Virus record (IMG/VR): IMGVR_UViG_3300033149_003773
Location: 1 to 52,211 of that record
Direction: 5' to 3' (one strand)
Source: a virus
Lineage: Duplodnaviria > Caudoviricetes
Length of the DNA: 52,211 nucleotides
Shown here piece after piece: positions 1-10,050 of this stretch. How positions within the stretch are numbered: the stretch's first letter is position 1; the number at the start of each line of letters is the position of its first letter. Under the pieces are notes generated by a model, which had not been told where the DNA came from, searched no databases, and saw only the letters and a program-made list of their open reading frames with translations. Both the position numbers and the translations under genes were made by a program.

Positions 1-114
1 ATGATACAGATGGCTCTCCTGTTGACAAATTAATGGTATCAGCACCCTCAGGAGGATCAAAAAACACCTCTCCACCAAATTCACGCATCCTAACCTCGTG
101 AGTCGTTTCCGATA
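1..114. repeat. terminal direct repeat, copy 1 (circular assembly overlap)
   Basis: 1-114 is identical to 52098-52211 (atgatacagatggc...cgtttccgata). Confidence 0.97.
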
Positions 115-985
115 AATCCACATCCGCAGGCAAAGAAGGAACAAGAATCACCTCATCTTGTTTCAAGGCAACAGTGGTAGCCACAAAAGCGATATTTACC
201 CCGCGTTCAACTGTTTCCCTTATTATTTGAACAACATATGAAACATTACCAGTTTTAAACGGCTCGTATGTATTAACATTTTGAACTTCTTTCAATGTTA
301 CTGTCTCTGTCGTGCCCAATGTCATGGAAGTTGTGATTTCCCAACCTTCACTCGGAACAGCCATATCAAGATATTTATAATCATCAATATTTGTTTCATA
401 TGCGGCTAAGAAATTGTCCTGCGACAGCTTCAATAAAGTTCCATAGCAAATGGCTTTATCGATTGTCGGTTTCTCACTACTATCCTCAACAATAACACCT
501 TCTGGAATATTACCATGTGGAATAGTATCAACAAAGATTATTTCTTTATTCACATGATCAAGAGTAGCAAATTTACCACTCAACTTCTCTAAAACGTTTA
601 TCGCTTCAATAACACTACCAGAAAACAAAAGAGTTGGAACTTTTTCCTCTGAGCTTAGAATAACGCTCCAGCCAGTTTCACTCTCGATAGCTTCAGCAAG
701 TTTCTTTATATCAACACCTAAAATAGGATCATCATATTTTACAGTTAGACGCAAGTTTTTCCAAAAATAAGGATCATCCGCAGCTTGAATGATGTATGTT
801 CCATCCACGACCTTTGTCCAATTGATAACAGTCATATCAAGTGAAATATGCTTTCCACCATAAGTTATTGTACTTGGCGGTGTATCTATCGGTATCGTTG
901 CAGTCAATTGAGCTGGCTCCACACCCCAAAACATAGCAAAATTTGACTTTATCGCTTGAATACCATTAACAGTAGGACAAAACAC
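1..985 (-). CDS. N-terminal part of junction-spanning tail-associated protein (about 546 aa when joined to 51442-52097)
   Basis: Not in the ORF track. GTG at 985 after a GAGGTGG RBS; the frame reads VFCPTVNGIQAIKSNFAMFWG...THEVRMREFGGEVFF without a stop into the 51442..52185 ORF; lies directly downstream of the tape measure gene. Confidence 0.8.
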   Translation of the reverse strand, partial: MFCPTVNGIQAIKSNFAMFWGVEPAQLTATIPIDTPPSTITYGGKHISLDMTVINWTKVVDGTYIIQAADDPYFWKNLRLTVKYDDPILGVDIKKLAEAIESETGWSVILSSEEKVPTLLFSGSVIEAINVLEKLSGKFATLDHVNKEIIFVDTIPHGNIPEGVIVEDSSEKPTIDKAICYGTLLKLSQDNFLAAYETNIDDYKYLDMAVPSEGWEITTSMTLGTTETVTLKEVQNVNTYEPFKTGNVSYVVQIIRETVERGVNIAFVATTVALKQDEVILVPSLPADVDLSETTHEVRMREFGGEVFFDPPEGADTINLSTGEPSVS

Positions 986-994
986 ACGACCACC

Positions 995-3499
995 TCAATC
1001 CATAACAAGGCTCGGTTTAAACGCAGCGTCTAAATTAGCACTCGTTACAATAGCCTCAGGCATTAAAACTTTTAAACCAACGGCAACCGTATCAGCATAT
1101 CTTCCTGGAATCCAACTACGTTCTATAGGATAATCGCCAGCTTTCAAAGCAGGTAATGTTGTTTCGAGTCTCGATTCAGGTATAAAACCACTAAGCCATA
1201 AGTCAAGCAGTTGTGCATACCCTAAATCCGTTTTTGTTTCGGAAGCCATACTATCAACATCATTAGCTATATCAGAAAGCTCAACAGCAATTTGTGAAAT
1301 TAATGGTTTTATATCTTCAAATGTAACACCAATATTAAACAATTGACCTACTTTTTCCACCAAGCCACTAACACCAGTTTCTCTTTCAATAACTCCAGCG
1401 GTTATCAACTGCTTTATTGCGTTAGCTATTCCTTCTTCATCCAACAAACCCTTTGTTTGAGTACTCAATTTTTCAAATAAATTAGAAGTTGTTTGAGCCA
1501 TCTCTTGTGCATTTTCAAAACCCATACGTCTAAAAGTTCGAGTTAGAAAATCAGTCTTTGTCAACTGCTGAGTTGTAATACCACCTTGCTCAAACATCGC
1601 ACTAAGCGTTTCTAATACTTGAGCTTCAACATCCTGTGCCTGAGTACGAAATCTTGTAGCACCTTCACCTAACCCATTCGCAACGTCAAGAAGCGCATAT
1701 TCGAGTGCAATACCTTCTTCCCCAAGAATACCAATAACCTCTTCAATAGCCTCTCTTCGCAAGAAATCAGTTTTGAATCCTGTGATTTCACCAGCTTCAT
1801 TATACGTTGGTACAAGAATTTCACCCCATTCTTCTTTAGCAAGAGGAACGCGAAACCTTTTATATGATTGTAAAATTGCAGATGCCGCTTCAACCGTAGA
1901 CATTCCAGCAAAAGCATCAATAAGCTCTTGTAAGTCCCTTCGTATTCTTTTGTTTTCCATAGACTTATATGCCGTATAACCGCCCAATGCAAGAGGTATC
2001 ACAATAGCCGCAGCAAGCCCTCCAGTTAACAAAGCAGACATAGCGCCAGACATCTGACTCGCCAAATATGCTGTCAAACCAACATTTGCAAGTGTTCCGA
2101 TAACCCATTGTGATGAAAACTTTGCACCTTGTGCCGCCCCATATCCAAATGCTGGTATAGCTTCTGGAAGCGCATTAGCAAAATCAACTAAGGAACTCTG
2201 CAAATCAAGTAAAGCTGTCTTGGCATCAGCAACAGCAGTACCAAGTTCACTCATTTTAGCAGATAATTGTGCCTCAGCAGCTTCAAACATTCCAATAGGT
2301 GTTGCTCTATATTGTAATGCAACACGTGAAGTATACCCAATAGATTCCTGTTGCAAGCGTGTAATATACGTTGAAATATTTTCTAATAACTCTCCCTGCT
2401 GTAACATCATAGCAGCCATACCACCACGAACACCGCCGCCAAGTTGCTTAAACACCGAAACAAGCTGTTCCCGCGGTAATGACTGCAACTCAGAATATAA
2501 AGCTTTGAATGCGTCTGCAAGATTGCCACCTTGAGCAGATACTTCCCTAAAAATCTTTGCAGCATCTATACCATATTTCTCATAAATCTTGAAACTCTTT
2601 TCAATATCACGAACATTGAACATAAGCATTCTTGCAGAACGTGCACCAATACCAGGAGTCGGTACCTGTTGAGCCATAGCCATAAACAATGCCATTGTCT
2701 CAGCGGGTGAATACCCCAACTGCGCAAACAACGGAGCAGCGTAGTTCGCAATATCCTTAAACCATCTGACTTCTAATGGTGATGTTGCAAAAGCATAACT
2801 CATCATGTCGGAAAACTGTCTCACAAGTAACGGAGCAAGATTCTCAAGAGAAGTAAGCGAACGTGGATTCCACGCCTGCATTAAACTCAATATCGAACGA
2901 GCCATTGTATCAAGTGTTTCGCCAGTGATCAAAGATGAAATTGCTAATGGTCTCAAAACATCTGGTGCGGTTTGCAAATTAGCATAACCTCTTGTTGCAA
3001 AAGCATATGCTATTTCTGCGAGGTCAGGAAATGGTATCATTACTTCTGGTGCAAGTTTTCTAAGTTCGGAAACAAATCTCTCATACTCTGGTGTAGGAGC
3101 ACCAGCAACAATGCGTGTCTTTTGTAGTGCTGTGGCAGCAGACCTAAATTCCTGAAAAGCAGATTCTAAAACCGAACCCAAACGACTCGCAAATCTATCG
3201 AAAACATTTGAGAGCATATAAAGACTGCCAACCTGTGATAGTGATATACCTCCTCCACCATCACCAGTCGGCTTTTGTGTTATCTTTTGCACACGATTGA
3301 CCATCGTGTCAATGTCCCTTGTAATACGAGAAACAGCATTAGAAACTGACCCTACTTGCTGGGTTAGTTTATCGAAACCAAGATTAGTCCCCAAATTAAG
3401 TTGCATGTTCTGAAATTTATTTAAACGTGCTTCTAATTCATCTAATGCACGAAAAACATCAGAAGCATTAAATAAAATATCAAGCCTTACTTCTGACAT
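995..3499 (-). CDS. tail tape measure protein
   Basis: 834 aa, Ala/Leu/Gln-rich helical protein with a TP901-like core (DMMSYAFATSPLE...YAAPLFAQLGYSPAETMA), located after the chaperone gene. Confidence 0.85.
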   Translation of the reverse strand: MSEVRLDILFNASDVFRALDELEARLNKFQNMQLNLGTNLGFDKLTQQVGSVSNAVSRITRDIDTMVNRVQKITQKPTGDGGGGISLSQVGSLYMLSNVFDRFASRLGSVLESAFQEFRSAATALQKTRIVAGAPTPEYERFVSELRKLAPEVMIPFPDLAEIAYAFATRGYANLQTAPDVLRPLAISSLITGETLDTMARSILSLMQAWNPRSLTSLENLAPLLVRQFSDMMSYAFATSPLEVRWFKDIANYAAPLFAQLGYSPAETMALFMAMAQQVPTPGIGARSARMLMFNVRDIEKSFKIYEKYGIDAAKIFREVSAQGGNLADAFKALYSELQSLPREQLVSVFKQLGGGVRGGMAAMMLQQGELLENISTYITRLQQESIGYTSRVALQYRATPIGMFEAAEAQLSAKMSELGTAVADAKTALLDLQSSLVDFANALPEAIPAFGYGAAQGAKFSSQWVIGTLANVGLTAYLASQMSGAMSALLTGGLAAAIVIPLALGGYTAYKSMENKRIRRDLQELIDAFAGMSTVEAASAILQSYKRFRVPLAKEEWGEILVPTYNEAGEITGFKTDFLRREAIEEVIGILGEEGIALEYALLDVANGLGEGATRFRTQAQDVEAQVLETLSAMFEQGGITTQQLTKTDFLTRTFRRMGFENAQEMAQTTSNLFEKLSTQTKGLLDEEGIANAIKQLITAGVIERETGVSGLVEKVGQLFNIGVTFEDIKPLISQIAVELSDIANDVDSMASETKTDLGYAQLLDLWLSGFIPESRLETTLPALKAGDYPIERSWIPGRYADTVAVGLKVLMPEAIVTSANLDAAFKPSLVMD

Positions 3500-3671
3500 C
3501 TTGCATCAACTCCTTATCAGCTTCTATTTCGAGGATTGTTAACAACATTAGCTGGTCGGATGTTGGATTTTTTAAAGTCTTTATCAGATTTTCAACATAC
3601 TTTTTAGCTATGTATACTATTCCTTCGTTTCCTTCTCTTTTTGCAAGCTTGATGTGTTTACGAAAAAATTT
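3480..3671 (-). CDS. -1 frameshift extension of tail assembly chaperone (gpGT-like)
   Basis: Slippery A AAT TTT TTC at 3671-3662; the -1 frame is open for about 61 codons to TGA at 3482-3480. Confidence 0.7.
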   Translation of the reverse strand, partial: KFFRKHIKLAKREGNEGIVYIAKKYVENLIKTLKNPTSDQLMLLTILEIEADKELMQDVRSKA

Positions 3672-4069
3672 ACAGCTTCCTCATCACCAAAAAGTGTCAT
3701 TACAGCAACGTTATCAAAGAGAGTTAGCAAAATTAACGGAGGCAAATTTTCTATTAACTCTGGTGAAGGGGGTTTATCACGATTCCATTCAACTATAAGA
3801 CTGGCAATATATTTTACAAGCTCTTTGCGTGTAAAGTTATCAAAAGACCTAAAATATGAAGCAAGTAACCTTTCACGATTCAAAGCAAAAGATTCCTTGA
3901 CTTTCTTCTTCTCTTCCTCCGTCTTAGCAGACTTCATTTGTTCCCGATAAGCTTTGTTAGCCTCCTCAACAACAGATAAGTATCGTGAAAACAAAGGAAC
4001 AAAACCCACGGCTTCAAAAGCCGTAGGTTTCCTAAATTCTATCTTCAAGTTACCAATCTCAAATGTCAT
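3617..4069 (-). CDS. tail assembly chaperone (gpG-like)
   Basis: 150 aa, between the tail tube candidate and tape measure, with a slippery site near the 3' end. Confidence 0.7.
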   Translation of the reverse strand: MTFEIGNLKIEFRKPTAFEAVGFVPLFSRYLSVVEEANKAYREQMKSAKTEEEKKKVKESFALNRERLLASYFRSFDNFTRKELVKYIASLIVEWNRDKPPSPELIENLPPLILLTLFDNVAVMTLFGDEEAVNFFVNTSSLQKEKETKE

Positions 4070-4081
4070 CTAATCACTCCC

Positions 4082-4669
4082 TCATGAAGATGGTATATCT
4101 ATCCAATCAGACCATGGAATACCAGTCAAGCCCATGATTTCCCATGTTGTGTAGTACCTTTCTCCCTCTGTATCACTGTAATCAGTACCATCTTCACTCT
4201 TAGTTCCGCTTGGTGCGGTCCCTGGGAAATATGCCCAATTCTCCGTTGGTGCTGAAGTGGAATCATAAATAGTCAAGCTACCGCTAATACCACTAACTCT
4301 CAACTTACTGCATGCTGGACCATCATAAGACAACGATACGTTCCAATTGAACTCATCACCACAATGTACAAAAACAGCACCTAAATCGTTAGCGGTATTT
4401 ATTTCGAATGTTGCGTCCTTATATCCAACAACAGTAGCCGAATACGTAACCCTATCACCATATCTCGCTGAAGCACTTATCCTTTCAGGAAATGGAACAC
4501 CAGTCAACGTGGCAGTACCAAGCAATGGTATTGTCGTTTCTCCATCGAGCAAGATTCCACTGTAATCAGTTACACCAACTGTATCTGTCGTAGAAGCATA
4601 ACCATTAAAACCTCTTGTCCTCGCATTAGAATATCTATCAAACACTCTCGCTGATGTAAATAAAGGCAT
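4082..4669 (-). CDS. putative major tail (tube) protein
   Basis: 195 aa, Thr/Ser/Gly beta-rich, strong GGAGGTG RBS, syntenic position. Confidence 0.5.
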   Translation of the reverse strand: MPLFTSARVFDRYSNARTRGFNGYASTTDTVGVTDYSGILLDGETTIPLLGTATLTGVPFPERISASARYGDRVTYSATVVGYKDATFEINTANDLGAVFVHCGDEFNWNVSLSYDGPACSKLRVSGISGSLTIYDSTSAPTENWAYFPGTAPSGTKSEDGTDYSDTEGERYYTTWEIMGLTGIPWSDWIDIPSS

Positions 4670-4684
4670 TTTCTATTCACCTCC

Positions 4685-5128
4685 TCAATACTTAGCTACT
4701 TCAAGATGATAAACAAAACTCATACCTATTACGACATACGCATTATCACGAACAAAAGTTGTAGATACACCCATATCACGAGTATCACCAAGCAGTTTTA
4801 TACTATCTTCTCCAATTACTACATCATAATATCGAAGATCAAAATTATCAACAAACTTTCCAACATTTGCAAGAAGCTCTTTTATCTTCTCAACAGCTTG
4901 CGAAACAGGTTGCCTATCAACTATGCGTATTCTAAAATCAAATTCAAAATTGCGCTGATCTTTCAAATACCTTTTTCTTGGCATTGTTAATGGATACACA
5001 ACAATATATGGAAAAACAATCTTATCTACATCAGATACCTCATAAAAATAAAATCTGAAGTCTGGAAAAACCTTCTCAAGCTCTTGTGTAACTGTTTCAA
5101 AAGCCAATGGATACAATGTTTCAAACAT
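4685..5128 (-). CDS. putative tail terminator/completion protein
   Basis: 147 aa with an FPYIVVYP motif; position after the neck genes. Confidence 0.5.
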   Translation of the reverse strand: MFETLYPLAFETVTQELEKVFPDFRFYFYEVSDVDKIVFPYIVVYPLTMPRKRYLKDQRNFEFDFRIRIVDRQPVSQAVEKIKELLANVGKFVDNFDLRYYDVVIGEDSIKLLGDTRDMGVSTTFVRDNAYVVIGMSFVYHLEVAKY

Positions 5129-5141
5129 CTAACTTCCCCCT

Positions 5142-5600
5142 CTAAAAAGTTGAAAAGAGTGTCGTTACTCTCTGCTCAACAACATCGCTATCAAACAATG
5201 GTCTCATAGGGTACCTAAAGCCACGTCCAAAATGATGCGCTTCTGGTAAATTAACCGTTCCTGTATCCCAAACATCAAATAAATCTCTAAAATACAACGA
5301 ACACTTCGGCAAGGGTATAGAAGTATCCATATCAACATTATAAGCACTTCGTAACATACCACGTGCATGCAATATCGGATTATTAGGATCAACACCATGG
5401 GCTTCACGTTTTTTACGAGTAATATCGCTTATTTCTAACCAGCGCTCTCCATTGATAGCACCCTCAGTATCGAATACAGTCTTTTCATATACGAGCAAGT
5501 CCTGAGTCGACCTTGCAACTAAATTTGCAAGCCTTTGCTGTATTTCATTTCTCAAATCCTGAAGTCCACTCGTATCAACATACACCCTAAAACTAATCAT
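5142..5600 (-). CDS. virion morphogenesis/tail completion protein (Mu gpG / P2 gpS-like)
   Basis: W.EIS..T...R...NPIL..RG.LR.A motif; likely start is the ATG at 5600 (MISFRV) overlapping the upstream gene. Confidence 0.65.
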   Translation of the reverse strand: MISFRVYVDTSGLQDLRNEIQQRLANLVARSTQDLLVYEKTVFDTEGAINGERWLEISDITRKKREAHGVDPNNPILHARGMLRSAYNVDMDTSIPLPKCSLYFRDLFDVWDTGTVNLPEAHHFGRGFRYPMRPLFDSDVVEQRVTTLFSTF

Positions 5601-5997
5601 CTCCGAATGAGCTCCTCCATTCGTCTTTTGAAACAATTGGTTGTTCAGAATAGTACTTTGGGTCTCTGTTATACTCAGTTCTTCCTGATTCCAATGATGA
5701 GCTAATAGCAAGTTTAATATCATTATCTATCTGAGACTCAAGCACAGAAGCCTCCGTAAAAAAGCCGAATCTACGATAAAGCATAGCCATTGACTTCAAT
5801 AGTTCAAGCTCTTTCACAAACTCTGTGTCTTCTTTGAAACGCTCTGGCAGTATTGCGGCAATATATGAAGAAGCTCCAGATAACGTAGAATTTAATGTTT
5901 CACTATTAGCAACACCAAACTCGAGCTCATCACTAAGATACTGCACTATTCTCTGATCTAACCGTTTTGCTAAATCATCAACTGTTGCATAAGCCAT
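5593..5997 (-). CDS. head-tail adaptor (Mu gp36/DUF1320-like)
   Basis: N-terminus MAYATVDDL, helical, directly after the capsid gene. Confidence 0.65.
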   Translation of the reverse strand: MAYATVDDLAKRLDQRIVQYLSDELEFGVANSETLNSTLSGASSYIAAILPERFKEDTEFVKELELLKSMAMLYRRFGFFTEASVLESQIDNDIKLAISSSLESGRTEYNRDPKYYSEQPIVSKDEWRSSFGDD

Positions 5998-6013
5998 TTT
6001 ACCACCTCATAAG

Positions 6014-6041
6014 GTGATAGGCGGGATAACCCACCTATCAC
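6014..6041 (-). terminator. stem-loop after the major capsid gene
   Basis: gtgataggtggg-ttat-cccgcctatcac on the minus strand, with a weak U tract. Confidence 0.55.
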
Positions 6042-7093
6042 ACAACTTTTGCACTAAGAACTACTCTGGGGTGCACAACGTAAGGCATGGGTTTAGATTC
6101 CAAGAACAGCCTGTATCCTCTGTGATTCGGCTTCTCATCAACATACGAGAAGAAATCAAGAGGTTTAACACCATCAAGCAAAGTGCTGTATATACCACCA
6201 TAAGCAAGTCTGAAGAAGTTACTATTAACCATGTAAATCCTGTCTGGGTCAAGATAAGTTGTCAAAGTACCAGAAGCATCGTAAGCACCAAAGTAAGCAT
6301 ATATCTCACCAACACCTCTAACAGTCATCAAATACATGCTCTGATTACCATTATCAAATCTCGGTTTGATAGCTCCAAAATCTGCATTCAGTATGTTTAG
6401 TTTACTGGTTACATCGGGGTTGTAAATCAAATTGTCAACTACATTCTCACCAGCAAGTATCAAATCTGGTGCCATACCAGTTTTCTTGGTGTAAAGTTTT
6501 CTTGCATTGAGCAAGTCTTTCATCGGCGTTGAATTTTCCTCAGTCCAAAGCGTAGACACAGTATAGAACATATCTGAATCAAGCTCAAAATCGTGTGAAA
6601 TGCTAAATACACCATCGTTGTACGTTATTTTTCCTTCTTTCAAAATCTGTCCGAGCATGACTTCAACCCTTCTTACGATCATAGCTTTCATCATTGCCTG
6701 TTTATCTGCAATTCTTTTCTTAACTACATCGTTCAACTTACCAAAACTCGCTTGTGTATCAGTCGCGGGGGCTGGAACAGCTTCAAATGCTTCTTTAATG
6801 TCCACATCGTCTTCAAGAGGTATCGAGTAAACATTGACAACTTTCTTCACTCTCTGAGTTGCACTGGATATTGGTACATAATCATCGTGATAACCTCTCA
6901 TGGGGGCTGCGGACAGCGGTACGGTTTCATATTCATACTCGACATGCTCGATAGGACTGGTCTCTATCTTACTATTGCCACTCCTGATATTTATATTTCC
7001 TATAAGAGCTCTGGTTAGAAAATCCGTATCAACTTCCAGAACTCTAACAAGCTCTGTAAAATATCTCCAATTCTTTGATGGTTCTATCATCAT
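6038..7093 (-). CDS. major capsid protein (lambda gpE-like family)
   Basis: 351 aa; RRVEVMLGQILKEGKI, W....STPMKDL and C-terminal ESKPMP motifs; follows the decoration gene. Confidence 0.85.
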   Translation of the reverse strand: MMIEPSKNWRYFTELVRVLEVDTDFLTRALIGNINIRSGNSKIETSPIEHVEYEYETVPLSAAPMRGYHDDYVPISSATQRVKKVVNVYSIPLEDDVDIKEAFEAVPAPATDTQASFGKLNDVVKKRIADKQAMMKAMIVRRVEVMLGQILKEGKITYNDGVFSISHDFELDSDMFYTVSTLWTEENSTPMKDLLNARKLYTKKTGMAPDLILAGENVVDNLIYNPDVTSKLNILNADFGAIKPRFDNGNQSMYLMTVRGVGEIYAYFGAYDASGTLTTYLDPDRIYMVNSNFFRLAYGGIYSTLLDGVKPLDFFSYVDEKPNHRGYRLFLESKPMPYVVHPRVVLSAKVV

Positions 7094-7105
7094 TATCCCT
7101 CCTCA

Positions 7106-7636
7106 TCAATATTCCGTAACGGTTTCGATTAGTATAGAAGGCGCAAGCTTCCAAAAGTCGTCTGATTCAGGTTTTCCTCTGTATGCAACAACCACATTTC
7201 CAGTTCCAGAGCCTGGTGCTGTCGTAAAAGTAAGTGTCTTACCATCAACGGTGAAATCCGTCCCTTCAACCAAAGCGGTTCCATCGACGGTAACACTATC
7301 AATCTTATAAGCCGCTCTACTAAGAGTGAACTCTGTCGTGCCTCCGTCTCCGTCAAATGATTCAGAGAGTTTAATCAGCGCAAAAATGTCACCAAATGTG
7401 CCTCTGAAAGCTATATTTGCCAATCCATTCTGATCAGCGTCATCATACACAACCACACCTATTGGTGTTTCCGATCCATCACTCGCATCTGGGTTGTAAG
7501 CTACAATGTTACCATTTGCGGTAACTCTTGCAACAATCTCACCTTCAAAGACATCTTCTGCAACGGTCAAAGGTATAACATCATGTCTTTCAAACCATGC
7601 AAATAGCGATTTTGGTCTCTCATAAATTGTGCTCAT
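7106..7636 (-). CDS. head decoration protein with Ig-like insertion
   Basis: gpD-like motif GEIVARVTANGNIVAYNPDASDGSETPIGV, plus an inserted GDGGTTEFTL...EGTDFTVDGKTLTFTTAP module. Confidence 0.75.
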   Translation of the reverse strand: MSTIYERPKSLFAWFERHDVIPLTVAEDVFEGEIVARVTANGNIVAYNPDASDGSETPIGVVVYDDADQNGLANIAFRGTFGDIFALIKLSESFDGDGGTTEFTLSRAAYKIDSVTVDGTALVEGTDFTVDGKTLTFTTAPGSGTGNVVVAYRGKPESDDFWKLAPSILIETVTEY

Positions 7637-7642
7637 ACCTCA

Positions 7643-8860
7643 TCAAACCTCCTTTTTGAAGTAACCCATTTTCTTGGCATCTTCAAGCGCAACCTTTGAT
7701 ACATCCTCTTGAGCCGTAGTCGTGTTAGAAACATACTTCTGTTCAAGTTCCACTTTCTCTGTCAAATTAATTATACCATCTGCTGCTTTTAAATCAATCT
7801 TGCCTTCCTTAACCATTTCAAGCACTTTATCAACATTTGCTGGTTTATATCCTTCCGCAACTTTCTCGGTTTTAAATGCTTTAATCTCATGTTCAATAAG
7901 TTGCTGTTTGAGTTCAGCTATCTCTTTGTCTTTCTCTTCAAGCAATTTCTTTGCTTCCTCAAGCTCATTTCTCACCTGTTCAAGCTCCATACTTTCAACC
8001 TCCTGCTCATTATGAAATTCAGGTGGTGTCATATCAAACATCCTATAAAGACGTGCAAGTTTGTTGTAAACACTTTTCTTTTCCTTCGCTGGAATATCCA
8101 CACCACCACGTGCACCTAAAAGCGCTTTCATGGCGGCTATAACACCACTACGATAAATAGTAAGCTTGCCATTCTTAAGTTTAGCAAATGGCAACTTGTA
8201 TGCTTCCTTTTTCTCTGGTAACTTGCCATTCTCGCGCTCAACATATGCACAAGCTCTTGCTAAGCCGCTCCAGCCAAGCGCCTCAATGATAGCATTTGCA
8301 TCCCTTGCCCAATCCCAATCCCATGAACTTTCAGTGTCAACTGGCATATCAGCAAGTTTAATAACATCGTCATTAGTCAGGAATGAAAATGCTCTCATAA
8401 TAGCACTTTTTATGTTTTCAAAAGCCTCTGTAAATTTCAATTTCTCCATGTATGGATGAGCTGGTCTGTTGGTCAATGCTACACCAAGAAAAACAGCACC
8501 AACTCGTTCACCAGTTTTAGGATCAACATAGTCTTCAACAAATTCTGCGGATAGATAATTAAACTTCTCCTCTTCAAGCAACTTAGTGCCTTCTTCGTTA
8601 AGGACGAGATGTACCCATAAACCATCTTCTCTCGCTTCTACTTCATCAACAAAACCAAAACTTCCCATATCATCTTTGTGTCCAATCGTTACAGGTGGCT
8701 TATAATGTGGCAATCCGTTCTCAAAATTCTTCTCCATTCGTTTTATAATATCGGCTGTTATCTCGATTTCACCATAAACGTTATGAAAAAACTTACCTAA
8801 TGGCAAAGCGTTATGCCAAAGATCATTTTTCACAAACTTCGTTGTCAATTCAACCATCAC
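7643..8860 (-). CDS. prohead protease/scaffold (Mu gpI-like) with inserted domain
   Basis: GH..., YLSAEF and GVALTNRPA protease motifs; C-terminal coiled-coil scaffold. Confidence 0.85.
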   Translation of the reverse strand: MMVELTTKFVKNDLWHNALPLGKFFHNVYGEIEITADIIKRMEKNFENGLPHYKPPVTIGHKDDMGSFGFVDEVEAREDGLWVHLVLNEEGTKLLEEEKFNYLSAEFVEDYVDPKTGERVGAVFLGVALTNRPAHPYMEKLKFTEAFENIKSAIMRAFSFLTNDDVIKLADMPVDTESSWDWDWARDANAIIEALGWSGLARACAYVERENGKLPEKKEAYKLPFAKLKNGKLTIYRSGVIAAMKALLGARGGVDIPAKEKKSVYNKLARLYRMFDMTPPEFHNEQEVESMELEQVRNELEEAKKLLEEKDKEIAELKQQLIEHEIKAFKTEKVAEGYKPANVDKVLEMVKEGKIDLKAADGIINLTEKVELEQKYVSNTTTAQEDVSKVALEDAKKMGYFKKEV

Positions 8861-8916
8861 TATTCACCTCCAACCCACAAAAATCCAGAAAATTGTGGAG
8901 TGATAATCCACGAAAT

Positions 8917-10050
8917 TCAACCATCATTATCCACCTTCAAACCCATTTTTTCTTTTGGAATACCCATACGCTCATACAACCATGACCTTATGGAATCATT
9001 CAAACTTTCCGCTTGGTTCATCATCTGCAAAACCGCTGCATATCCTTTCATGCTTTCAACATTCGCATCTTTGATTACAATAAACTTACCATAATCACTA
9101 ACATCTCCGTAATTTAATTTTATCACAAGTTTTGCTATTGCGCCAACCAATGGCTGATTCTGTTTTCTTGCAAGACTTTCAATCTCATCCATAAACGAAT
9201 TATACTGAACTTCACCAAGATTATAAGTACCAGTTTTCTTAACATTAACCATGAGTTCAGGAATACCGAGATGTCTTATAAACGCACCAAGCGCTATATC
9301 TATTGCACGTTCAAATACCTCACCCGTATCCTTGGGTTCAAGTATACTAACCTCCTCTTCTGGATCAATAGCCGCTGATGCTATATTATACATGTTTTTC
9401 AATAATTCAAGCATCTTCTCAGTATCGAGCGACTTTCCTATTGCCCATGGTATACCAAAACGCTCAAGTATTCTGCCGTAGTTATACGTCGCAGTTTTCA
9501 ATAACAAGTAATACGGATACAAGCTCGCTATCCTTGACTTCCCAAACAATCCACGATTCGGTCGCATGTTGTAATAAAACAGCTTATCACGCTTCAATTC
9601 CGCACCATTGAATAATTTAATACCAACAAAATCACCCTTGGAATCAACTATCATCGTTCTATCCTGTGGTGGTATATAAACAAACCGTTTAGGAACTAAC
9701 ATACCTTCTCTGGCTTCCCAAACTATCTCAGATACATGATGTCCATAAACTATATTATCAGCAAAAGCATCTATCAAGACATTGCTTAAACCACCTTCAG
9801 TCCCGTTCAAAGCGTTCCAAACGAACTCTTCAATTTCTTTGTTGGGATGTTCAAAACCATTAACCATCAACGCCATCCATTGAGCTTTCATCTCTACAAA
9901 ACGTTCTATGTCAGGATCACGATACATTTTTTCGAGTTTGTCAAGTGTTATATCAAAGGTTTCAGAAAAGAGTATATTCGTGGAATTAAACGGGGTGAAT
10001 ACACTATCAGGAAAGTAAAACTGTTTCATTATTTTCGGTATTCTGCCCAT
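8917..10050 (-). CDS. portal protein (Mu gp29/DUF935-like)
   Basis: YGHHVSEIVW, LERFGIPWAIGK and GTYNLGEVQ motifs; probable start at 10029 (TAATG overlap with terL). Confidence 0.85.
   Translation of the reverse strand: MGRIPKIMKQFYFPDSVFTPFNSTNILFSETFDITLDKLEKMYRDPDIERFVEMKAQWMALMVNGFEHPNKEIEEFVWNALNGTEGGLSNVLIDAFADNIVYGHHVSEIVWEAREGMLVPKRFVYIPPQDRTMIVDSKGDFVGIKLFNGAELKRDKLFYYNMRPNRGLFGKSRIASLYPYYLLLKTATYNYGRILERFGIPWAIGKSLDTEKMLELLKNMYNIASAAIDPEEEVSILEPKDTGEVFERAIDIALGAFIRHLGIPELMVNVKKTGTYNLGEVQYNSFMDEIESLARKQNQPLVGAIAKLVIKLNYGDVSDYGKFIVIKDANVESMKGYAAVLQMMNQAESLNDSIRSWLYERMGIPKEKMGLKVDNDG

Noticed and set aside
1-114. Biological terminal repeat of the virion DNA
   Set aside because: It falls mid-gene and looks like an assembler overlap; true termini need read data
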